Below, piece by piece: positions 26,701 through 37,100 of a stretch of DNA of 64,000 nucleotides. Below the pieces are notes generated by a model, which did not search any database, was not told the origin of the DNA, and saw nothing but the letters and a program-made list of their open reading frames with translations. Numbering within the stretch: the stretch's first letter is position 1; the number at the start of each line of letters is the position of its first letter. The translations under genes and the position numbers were made by a program. Origin of the DNA: Podarcis tiliguerta (taxonomy: Eukaryota); the NCBI GenBank assembly GCA_965153285.1, contig OZ229119.1; one strand, written 5' to 3'.

Positions 26701-29700
26701 TATTAAAGTTTGAATATCTGCACACTCATACTGTCCCTTTTTGCTTTCACATATTCTTGCAGTTCAACCCAAATTCCGTCTTCTTTCACTTAATGCAAGT
26801 CGTATTTGCTACTGCCTTAATCCTTCAAAATCCTTCTCCCAACTGAAGCACATTTATAATATGTTGCTTAATTGAACATTTCAATATTGGATGATTACAA
26901 TTCTTCTGTTGTAGAATTAACTTAGTTATATGGTGCATCACAGCTTCCAGTGTACCACGTAGAATGATACACAGTTAGAACTGGATGTGTCTTTGATTAA
27001 ATTTCCAAATTGATGAGTAGAGCTGGTTTGGCCAGTTGCGTATAGCTTATATATGCATATATATTTAAGTTGCTTCAAAACCCAGGAATCTTATACTTGC
27101 AGCCTATATTTGTTCTTTATCTTACTACTTGTCACAGAACTTTCTCTTTTTCCCCCCTTCAAAAATTACTTCCACAAAACCTTTCATGAAGTTCTGCAAT
27201 CATCTTGCCACTGTCAGTTGACTTGTCATTTTTAACATTTTTAATCTTTCTCTTCACTGCATTCTTCTTCACTTGGTAAAAATCCTAAACTCTTTAAAAC
27301 AATCATTAAGTACGATGTCTATATGTTTGGAGTATATTGGTTGTTGCTGTGAATGTGAGAAAGGTTAAAAAAATTATTAACTGCTGACTTCTCAAAACTT
27401 GTTTAGGTGGATCCACAAAAATATAAGAGCATCTTCAACGGCTTTTCAGTTACTGTCAAAGAGGATGGTGTTCGTGGTTTGGCAAAAGGATGGGCTCCAA
27501 CATTTATTGGATATTCCATGCAAGGGCTCTGCAAATTTGGTTTCTATGAAGTCTTCAAAATCATGTATAGCAACATGTTGGGAGAGGTAAGTTTATTTAT
27601 CCTGCAGTTCAACACCCCTTTATTGTGAATTTGTCCAAGGAATGTCATATGAACATATTTTCTGGTCTGTTAAATTTTATTTCAGGAAAATACATATCTG
27701 TGGCGTACATCACTATATTTGGCTGCATCTGCCAGTGCAGAGTTCTTTGCTGATATTGCTCTGGCTCCAATGGAAGCTGCTAAGGTGCGCATTCAGACAC
27801 AGCCTGGGTATGCAAATACACTGAGGCAAGCTGCTCCAAAAATGTTTGCAGAAGAAGGTGTTTGGGCGTAAGTATTACAGCAGTTAAACCAGGGTCCTAA
27901 AGTGGCTCTTGATGATCCTGCACAGGTCCTTGTTTATGAACTGTTTAGCTTTGATCATGGGTATTATTGCTTTAGACATGGAGCAGAGTTCTGAGTCCTT
28001 AAGCAATATGAGCCAACATGCTCCCTTAGATCCATCTTTGTTAGATGTCTCTTGTGCTGAGTTCTGCTTACAGCTTTGGTTTTGAGTAGTTCCAGCCAAG
28101 AGGGATCAACAACTTTATGGTTGTACAGTCAAAGATGCTTGAGTCATTGGCATGTGAGAATAATATACCTTCACTCTGGTCTTTTATGTTCTGATAGCAA
28201 TGGCTGTAATACAATACATGTCATTTTCCACTATCAGGATTTGGCTGGATTGTGGACATTTATCAATCAATTCCAAGATTAAAGACAAAAGGGACTATAT
28301 ACCCATTGTTCTTTTAAGAGCGAGGCTAGAGGTTTAGGTTGTTTCTGATCTGACTAATTTGAAAGAAACACTGCAATGCAACTGTGTTTTCACAATCACT
28401 AAACCTAATTCAGTCTTTGCTAATATTGGTATTTCTTGTGTGTGCATAAATCAGGGGTCAGCAAACCTTTTCAGCAGGAGGTCGGTCCACTGTCCCTCAG
28501 ACCTTGGGGGACGACGACTATTTTTTTCGGGGGGGGGGGATTGCGCAAGAGCATCACGAGTCCCAGTGGCTGCTTACCAGTGTCTTACGAGCAGCAGGAC
28601 AATGAGCGGCATGCGAAAGAGCTCTGGAGAGGGGCGGCTTAAAATGGTGACCATTCAAGTGCTGCTGCTGGCACCAACAAAGCCCAGCCCCCTTCCTCCA
28701 CTAGGCAGGGCGGGGAGAAACCATGAGGAGGGAGGGAGGAGGTGCTGCTGCCGTGTGAGGGAGAGGGAAAGAAAGTGCGCTGGTGATCCACGTGGTGATT
28801 CCCAGAGCATCCGTGGGCCGGATCCAGAAGGCAGTTGGGCCTGATCCAGCCGCGGGCCTTAGTTTGCCAACCCATGGCATAAATGACATGGTTGTTTAGG
28901 GCACAACACCTGGTCCATACACCTCTTTCCTGGGGTATCACACAGGTGTCTGCCTAATAGTGCCAGGTTTTGAGCCTGGGACCTAGTGTATTAAAACTAT
29001 GTGCTCTGCCATTGAGATTCATTTGTTACACTTAGGTAGCGTAACTGATTTGAATTCCTGTGTCTTCCAGAATTAATTCCAAATCAGAAGCACTTAAATA
29101 TAGGCTTTCTAATTTTTTGTCTACTTTGAAGTTTCTACAAAGGTGTTGTTCCATTATGGATGAGGCAGATTCCATACACCATGATGAAATTTGCCTGCTT
29201 TGAAAGAACTGTGGAAGCGCTTTACAAGTACGTTGTCCCGAAACCAAGGAGCGAATGTTCAAAAGGAGAACAGCTGGTTGTTACATTTGTAGCAGGTTAT
29301 ATAGGTAAGGAAATACTTTTTGGAATATAGTAACAGTTTAGTATTCATGAGCAAGTCCCAAGAACAGTGTGGCTTGCATGCTTCCCTGTATTCTCCCACG
29401 TAGGCAGATGAAAATGCCTTCAGCAGCATTTTATTTCACTTTCATAGGATCTTGGTCTGCCCTTGCATACAGATGATAAATAATAGTATAATAAACTCCA
29501 GCTTTATGGAACGCGGGTGGTGCTGTGGTCTAAACCACTGAGCCTAGGTCTTGTCAATCAGAAGGTTGGCAGTTCGAATCCCCATGGCAGGGTGAGCTCC
29601 TTTTGTTGAGTCTCAGCTCCTGCCAACCTAGCAGTTCGAAAGCACGCCAAAGTGCAAGTAGATAAATAGGTACCGCTCTGGCGGGAAGGTAAACGGTGTT

Positions 29701-30582
29701 TCCGTTCGCTGCTCTGGTTTCACCAGAAGCGGCTTAGTCATTCTGGCCACATGATCTGGAAAAACTGTCTGTGGACAAACGTCGGCTCCCTTGGCCAGTA
29801 AAGTGAGATGAGCGCCGCAACCCCAGAGTCGTTCGCGACTGGACTTAATTGCCAGGGGTCCTTTACCTTTAAACTCCAGCTTTAAAAGCCAGCTTTATAA
29901 ACTATGGTTTAGTGGGCTTGTTTTGAAACTGACCTGTTTGACAAGCACCAGGAAGCCACTGCCCTGAATCACACAAGTCGCATTCAGATTTGTGGATGTT
30001 GCACACAAAATTGGCCAATGTCTTTAGTAGGTTCTGCAGGATTATTGAATTATCTAACTGCTTTTAAAGTGACAGGGGCATGTAATGATACAAGTATGTT
30101 ATGTAATGAGTTGTGGAGATCTCATCTCCCTATAGCAGTTGTGAGTCAGTCTCCTGTTGACATAGGATCTTTCTGGAATATGTATAAACATATTAATGAA
30201 TATTTTAAATTAATGGTGACTACTTGCTTTTCAGCTGGGGTCTTCTGTGCCATCGTTTCACATCCTGCTGATTCTGTGGTATCCGTGTTGAACAAAGAAA
30301 AAGGCAGTTCAGCTGTTCAAGTACTGAAGAGGCTGGGATTTAAAGGTGAGGATTTAAACTGATACTGAACTGTGAAAGTGCATGAATAATTCCAGATACT
30401 AATAATGTTTTGTTCCAACAGGTGTATGGAAGGGTCTGTTCGCCCGTATTATTATGATTGGTACTCTGACAGCACTACAGTGGTTCATCTATGACTCCGT
30501 GAAAGTTTATTTCAGACTTCCCCGCCCACCTCCACCAGAGATGCCAGAATCTCTGAAGAAAAAGCTTGGTCTTTCTGAGTAG
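23075..30582 (+). CDS. SLC25A3: Mitochondrial phosphate carrier PiC (362 aa)
   Basis: Exons 23075-23231, 25069-25193 (3A) or 25350-25474 (3B), 27407-27586, 27686-27867, 29132-29304, 30235-30345, 30422-30582; 1089 nt. Carrier motifs [23 protein letters not shown]. Confidence 0.97.
25069..25193 (+). CDS. SLC25A3: SLC25A3 exon 3A (muscle/heart-type mutually exclusive exon)
   Basis: [42 protein letters not shown]. Confidence 0.93.
25350..25474 (+). CDS. SLC25A3: SLC25A3 exon 3B (ubiquitous mutually exclusive exon)
   Basis: [48 protein letters not shown] tandem acceptor gives an alternative start at 25353. Confidence 0.93.
27407..27586 (+). CDS. SLC25A3: SLC25A3 exon 4
   Basis: [16 protein letters not shown]...[24 protein letters not shown]. 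Confidence 0.96.
27686..27867 (+). CDS. SLC25A3: SLC25A3 exon 5
   Basis: [47 protein letters not shown]. Confidence 0.96.
27903..28015 (+). ncRNA. Candidate box C/D snoRNA immediately 5' of SNORA53
   Basis: Box C TTGATGA 27909-27915, D' ATGA 27936-27939, C' TTGATCA 27951-27957, box D CTGA 27991-27994 or ATGA 28008-28011. Terminal complementarity TGGCTC/GAGCCA. Confidence 0.55.
28015..28261 (+). ncRNA. SNORA53: H/ACA snoRNA SNORA53 ortholog
   Basis: Matches the recalled human SNORA53 along its length (AACATGCT-CCTTAGATCCA, GGTTGTA-AGTCAAAG-TGCTTGAGTCATTGGCATGT, GTTCTGATAG, CTATCAGGA, GGACATTT). H box AGAATA 28157-28162, ACA 28256-28258. Same host gene and intron as in human. Confidence 0.9.
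28452..28876. mobile_element. hAT-type non-autonomous element
   Basis: Same ends as the 10199 element; perfect 8-bp TSD GCATAAAT on both sides. Confidence 0.88.
29132..29304 (+). CDS. SLC25A3: SLC25A3 exon 6
   Basis: [32 protein letters not shown]. Confidence 0.96.
29508..29869 (+). mobile_element. Sauria (Squam1) SINE, full length
   Basis: tRNA-like head (gcgggtggtgctgtggtctaaacc...gttcgaatccc), ACCTTT tail, 15-bp TSD TAAACTCCAGCTTTA. Confidence 0.9.
30235..30345 (+). CDS. SLC25A3: SLC25A3 exon 7
   Basis: [37 protein letters not shown]. Confidence 0.96.
30422..30582 (+). CDS. SLC25A3: SLC25A3 last exon
   Basis: [53 protein letters not shown]; AATAAA at 30646 and 30691. Confidence 0.96.
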
Positions 30583-30963
30583 ATGGATCATGGACTGAAT
30601 GGCTAAATAACATCATGAAACTTTATACACATGGCAATGTAGGAGAATAAAGTATTTGTTTGCTCAGGCCTCACGGTTGCTGTTGGTCAAAATAAAGTAC
30701 TAGATTGACAAGTGTTTGCCTTAGTTTTCAACCTGTTGGGGAAAAATGGTTTCATGGTGGCTAAGGGAACTGGTCTACTCCTGAAAAAGGACCCCTCATG
30801 TGTTGCTACTGACAGTCGGTTAAAGCAGAGAAGAAAATAATGAATTTCTAGGATTTTACAAGTATGATCTACCAAACTGCTTTGCCTTAACGTGGGTTCA
30901 CTTGACTGTCTGTGAAGGCAATCAGGTTCTTGCTTTTCACTTTAGTGGTAGGTTAGGTAATTA

Positions 30964-31551
30964 CCGTATTTTTTGCACCATAACACTCACTTTTTTCCTC
31001 CTAGAAAGTAAGGGGAAATGTCTGTGCATGTTATGGAGGGAATGCCTACGGGTGGCGGGGGATCTGCTGCAGTCGTGAGCAGAGGATCCATGGTTCCCCT
31101 TCTTTCCCTCTTCTGCATTAGCAGCATCCTTCTCCACCCACCCCACGCATGCTCCTTGTCCCTTGAGTGCTTTTCCTTCCCTCCCCACTTAAAACGTGGT
31201 TACAAAGCATGGATCCTCAGGATTTTTGCACTGGGTCACCCCAAATTCACCATCAGATCACATAGCATGTCCATGGCTACATCTTGCACCAAAAAAATCA
31301 CGCACCCACTGTTGCCTGGGGCCGCAGTGGTGCAAAAACGTGGTTACAAAGCATGGATCCACATGGATCCTCAGGATTTTTGCATTGGGCTACTCCAAAC
31401 TCACTGTCAGATCCCATGTCTGTGGCCACAGCATGAACCACAAAAATCATACATCCACTGTTTCATTTAGAATATTTTTTTCTTGTTTTCCTCCTCTTAA
31501 AAACTACGTGCGTGTTATGGTCAGGTGCGTGTTATAGAGCGAAAAATACGG
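30964..31551. mobile_element. Tc2/pogo-like non-autonomous DNA transposon
   Basis: TA|CCGTATTTTT...AAAAATACGG|TA TIRs. Internal direct repeat aaaacgtggttacaaagcatggatcc at about 31191 and 31335. Confidence 0.8.
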
Positions 31552-33380
31552 TATGTTTACAAATGTTTATCACTAACCCAGTGAGAGACATATGTATTCA
31601 AAGTATATGTATGGCCAGTTAATACTGCTGCAGCCATTATTATTGAAAGGTCTTGACAATATCTATCAGCAAGGATATGTTATTGTTTGTTGCTTTTTTT
31701 GCCATGGCAAATAAGAACAAGTTACACTATTTTAAAGCCAAAAGAAACACTATTAAAACATCCTACCCATGCAAAATGGCAGTAGTTAAAAGCTGGAGGT
31801 CTGGTCTGGTTAAAAAGGAATGTGCCTGAAGATATGTAATGATGGTGTCAGGCAAGCCTTTCCTGGGAGAGCATTCCACAAGTGGGGAGCCACCATTGAC
31901 AAGGCTTGTTCTTGTGTTGCCACCCTCCAGATCAGTAGTCATAAATCCATTGCTAAATATGGCCGGCAGTACCCTGATGCTGTTATGGAGTGTCCATTGG
32001 CATGTGAAACAGATATGGGGGTATATGCTGGTTTAGAGCCCTTTTGCAAACGGGATGCATAGCCATAGCTATGGATGCCCAGCCTGAAGGAGTTCCGAGT
32101 GGTCAGAGGCCGAAATAAAAAGCTGTGGGCAGTAATCAAGGTGAGTCATACTCTCACGTAGATGCACTAAAATCAATAGTTATATATGCATTTGTATGTT
32201 ATCAGCCATCTACAAAGAACACTATTACCTCAAAAGATCCACCTAGTTTACAGCAGCACCAGGCATATTTCTAGAAAGCCCACAAGCAAGATGTAACAGC
32301 TGTCCTTTAATAACTGCCAACTGGTATTTAGTAATGTAATTTATTTGAAAAGTTCAATTTTATTAGTGTCTAATAATTGCATGGCTTCCTAAATCAAACC
32401 ATTGGGTCATCTACCTTGGCAGTGGCTGTTCAGGATTTTGGAAATGATACCCTCCCATTTAAAATCTGTTTGCCACCATTTATACTGCATGCAACTGAAC
32501 TCCATCAATATGTATTTGTAAAGTCATTTTTCTGCCAATGAATTGTTAGGGGACCCAGAATTCTATTTCAAGAAAGAAGAAAAATCATTTCCCACAGGTA
32601 TACAAATGTCCCTAGTAATTTTTCTTCTACGCACTCATTTAGTTGTGTTTTTATATAACTTTATTAGCTCTCATTTGAGATGGAGTGACTGAAACTGTAT
32701 ATAGTACTATAAACATGGCTCTACAATCCACCTATAAAAGGTATTAGACAACTTTTTAAATACCTTATAAGTGTGTGCATGTATTACCCAGTTGATGTCA
32801 GTTCTCAACTCTAAATATGGATAATTTATTTTTATTTTTTTACAATCTATAGATTCAGACAAATCTTCTAACTTGCCTCCAGAATAGCTTTCCTGAAAAA
32901 TGGGAGGGCTGCTGATCCAGCAGAGCCTGCCCCTAATGTGGAAGGGAAGATTTCCTTACTGTACTTCAATGTGTTGAGACATTGAGCAGAATTCTGCTTG
33001 CAGTATTCTTTTGGTTTCATCTATTTTTGGTCTTCTACAATCATCTTTTTAACATCCAACACCATTCAAGACTTACTGAAACACGTTTTACAAATACAAC
33101 TTTGTGGTTTATAGAATAATTTTTGATCTAGTTATCATTGATTGAATGTAACTCAATTATATGTGACACTCCTACTTGTAAGACTGCAGTCCTCAATAGT
33201 TCCTTGGGTGTAAGTTGTAGTGAACATGACAGCACCATCTTATGCACGTTTTACTCTGAATTCAATTAGCTGTAAGCAGGTAATCTTAAATTCACTATTG
33301 CTTCAACCCCAAAACTTAAATCTTGAAGAGTAACCTAGCAACCTCAAGCAGTGCTGGAACTGAGGCTTGATGTGATAGGA

Positions 33381-34136
33381 CTATTTCAAATCTGAAACTT
33401 CACTTAGCTCATCACTCATAGTCTTAACATCACTCTGAGCAGAAGTCAAATTGAAGAGTTTCTTATTCAGGAAAGAAATTTCTTTCTGTCTTTCCATTAG
33501 ATCCCCAAGCAGTCTTCCTATTCTTAATGTTAGTTCATCTAGCATTGGTTCCAAGTGTGCCAAATCCATCTTTAAGTTGTGTACTTTTGGTTTTAAGTCA
33601 TTTGCAAAGGCTACTGTTGTAAGAACTTTGGCTCTATCACTTTCCAAATCTAAAAGCTTATTTAATTGCTTGTTAAGTTCAGCATTCAGTTCAGATGATT
33701 TTGTCTTAATGTGTTCTATTTGTCTGGCATTTTCAGATGCAGAACTCCGTAGTATTGTAGTCCTGTCAATGCTGTTTGTAAGGAGAGTCCCTATACTTTT
33801 TATTGTAGTCTTTTCAGCTTTATCAACTTTGTCTTCTAGAGTATGTAGATTCTCTACCAGTGAGGTTACATCTGCTTCAAGACCTGAAATGCGTCTAATA
33901 TCAGTCTTCACAGCGGCAATCTTTACAGAGAAGTTATTAGTTACTGAAGTTATAATCTCCTCATACTTAGTAACTGCACGAAAGAGAGATGTTAAGTTCT
34001 GCTGACGCTCCTCTTCTTCTTGACTTAACTTACTAGACCAGATCTGCATGGTGCTCACTTCCTCCTGCAGGTGCTTCATCTGAGCAATTATATGAAGATC
34101 TTCCAGTTGCTCCATTAAGCTTAATGTCTTCTCACA
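33381..34136 (-). CDS. IKBIP: IKBIP distal alternative terminal exon
   Basis: CEKTLSLMEQL...VKTDIRRISGL...FANDLKPKVHNLK...LTLRIGRL; TAG acceptor with AG at 34138-34137. Confidence 0.93.
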   Translation of the reverse strand, partial: CEKTLSLMEQLEDLHIIAQMKHLQEEVSTMQIWSSKLSQEEEERQQNLTSLFRAVTKYEEIITSVTNNFSVKIAAVKTDIRRISGLEADVTSLVENLHTLEDKVDKAEKTTIKSIGTLLTNSIDRTTILRSSASENARQIEHIKTKSSELNAELNKQLNKLLDLESDRAKVLTTVAFANDLKPKVHNLKMDLAHLEPMLDELTLRIGRLLGDLMERQKEISFLNKKLFNLTSAQSDVKTMSDELSEVSDLK

Positions 34137-37100
34137 CTAAGAATTAAAAAAAAAATCATAAGAAAATTGCAATTTAATTTTATACCAGCTGTCTTGAAAT
34201 TTATTTAAAAGATTAGTGTACAATATGTTCTTTAGTGTTTCCCTCAAACTTTAAAGGGAGAAAGGATGTGCAACTCATACATATGTTTCTGATTAATTTA
34301 TTAAACAATGGTGTTAGGTCCCAAAAACAGGCATAATGGAGTGCAGGGGCGTATTTAGTTTTCTAGCAATGGGGAAAATTGTAAATCTTGATTCTCATCA
34401 ACAAGCAGTGTATGGAAACAAAGAGAAAAACATGTGAAAACTGAGGAGGAGCAATCAGACATTGTCTTCATCCTCACTTTACAAGTTAGCTCCTTAACAG
34501 TTGTGTATTCCAACAAAGCAAAACAAGATAATATAATAGCTTGTTATAATTACAACTGATGTTCTTTCTAATAAAATACACTTTGGGTGGCAATATTCCA
34601 GAAAAATGGCACACAGGCAAGTGCATACAAAACTAGCATATAGTACTTTAATAGGTTCTACTATCCAGAAAAAATGGTGTTGCTGCATTTTAGTTACTGT
34701 TAAAGCAAAACAAATGTGTTTGTGAGAAGAATGGTTGGTTTTTCAAAGTCATGTTCAAAGGAAAATTGTTTCCTTCCTGCCAATCACACCCAATTGTACC
34801 ATCTCATTCTAAATAACTATTATTTTTCTGACTTGCCTGATTCTGTGCAGCATATGCAAGTGGTGAAGTGGGAATACCTTTCATATGACAATTAATATGC
34901 CTGTGGCTTTATTACATTTCTTTCCATATCAATTAAATATCTATAGTTTCCCCTGCTTTTACTTCATAAAGCCCTTATTTACATAGCTGTCAACTTTTCC
35001 CTTTTCTTGCAAGGAATCCTAGTCGGAATAAGGAAATTTCCCTTAAAAAAAGGGAAATGTTGACAGCTATGCTTATTTATCATTATACCTATTAGCTTTG
35101 TGATCTTATATCTGTCCATACCTGCTTTCTCTGAAAGCATGGTGTTCAAACTTTGTAACAGTTAATCCTGCAAAGGCATTTAAAACAACCTTTTAAGCTG
35201 AAATTAGTCTAAGTACATTAACTTGAATAATACATCTTAACACATTAACAGATATTATATGTCTTCCTAATACAATGCAGTATTTGAGGGGTAAAGTACA
35301 ACAAACATGCAAATACATATTCCAATAAAAAACCCCACACAGAAATGCAAATGTATTTTCACCTTTTCAAAGTCTTCCCATGTAAAGGGGAAATTTTGCT
35401 TATTTCAGTGAATAAGGTAAAGGGACCCCTGACCATTAGGTCCAGTCGTGGCCGACTCTGGGGTTGCGGCGCTCATCTCGCTTTATTGGCCGAGTGAGCC
35501 GGCGTACAGCTTCCGGGTCATGTGGCCAGCATGACTAAGCCGCTTCTGGCGAACCAGAGCAGAGCACAGAAACGCCGTTTACCTTCCCGCCGGAGCGGTA
35601 CTTATTTATCTTCTTGAACTTTGATGTGCTTTCGAACTGCCAGTCAGCTAAATGAAGTTGCAGTTGCTTCAGCAATACTGTACTGTTCATTATGACTAGT
35701 TCACTCATCATTCACACTCTGGTAGTTTTCTGTATTTTTTCCGGTTTCTGTTGTAGATTCTGCAAAGTCATGGACTTTCTCCTTTAACACAAGCACTTCA
35801 TTCTGCAGTCTTAGTAGGCTGTTATCATACTGCATGCCTTCAAGAGTTTTTTGTATGTCCATTATATCAGATACGGCTTTCATCATTTCATCTTCCACGC
35901 TGAACACTTTTGTAGTCATGTCTTCCATTTTCTTCTCTACAGCCATCAGATCCCTTGATATTCTAAGAACAGAGTGAATGGCATTCTCTATTGCTGGTAA
36001 ATGAGTTTTGCACTCTTCCAGTTTGGGTTCATAGCCTGCAAGCTTTTGTCTCAGATCATTATTTCTGGCTAATATACTGTTCTGCTGTTCTTCTAATTTT
36101 CCAACTGCCTTGGTATCAGACTGCAGCTGCTGCTCAACTTTAGCCAGTTCATCTTCCTCTTGCCTACTTAACGTTTTGAGGTTTCTTACAGTACTGTCTT
36201 CAAGATCTTTCAGTCTTTCAGAAAGGGATTTTAGTTTTTGATCTGCTGCATTGATTTGAGAAGTCACTTCGATATGTAAAAGCCTGGCTTCCGATTTTAA
36301 ACTGCTAGTATTTGTATCCAGTTCAGTCTGGCTCTTTTCCCAGGACTTGATTATATTTTGAAATTTTGCATCAGTGGTCTGCATCCTTTTAGAGAGTGCC
36401 TGCTCACTGTTCTGAATGTCATTTATTATGTTACGGAGGTTAAATACTTCTTGTTCAAACTTGGTCATCATGGAGAGAAAGAAAGAGGCTTCCTGCAGGA
36501 TACCCGAAGATGATTCAAACTGCATTTGTAACACAAAACAATGTCCATCTACACTTAATACAGATTTTGCACTTTTTTAAAAATATAAAACAAAGGTTTT
36601 GATAAACATAAGTTTTAAGATACATATTCCAAATAAGTCGTTCATGTGTGCGTGGGTGTGTCTGTATATATGAGAGAGACTGAGTCCACATGCGTTTGGC
36701 AACTAACTGTTGATTCATATTAATTTGTTCTATGCATACTTTCAAAACTCTGCATAGCTTTATTTAGAAAAAAACTAAACAAATTTCACTTTAGAATTAA
36801 AATTCCAGAAACGTGTTTTGAGTTGGCCAAATGTACTTCAATATGTTGCCATAGGGAGGAATGAATTGCATTACAAGGTAGCCTGGAGGCAGTAATTTCC
36901 TACAAAACAATATGCTCAGCTCAGATATTGACTGTTCTGAAGTATTTCAAAATTATTTTGCAGTTTTAAAACAAACTTTGTTCTGGCACATGACATAATT
37001 CTTATTTGGCACTGGATAGCAAGACTTTTAGTTGCTTTTGTAAATCCACATGCATACATAGCCTCAAGTCTATGGCTGACATCCAACCCATAGCCCACTT

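Noticed and set aside
29508-29600. tRNA-like A/B boxes
   Set aside because: Head of a Sauria SINE, not a tRNA gene.
33451-34005. 184-aa plus-strand ORF
   Set aside because: Antisense shadow of the IKBIP coiled-coil exon.
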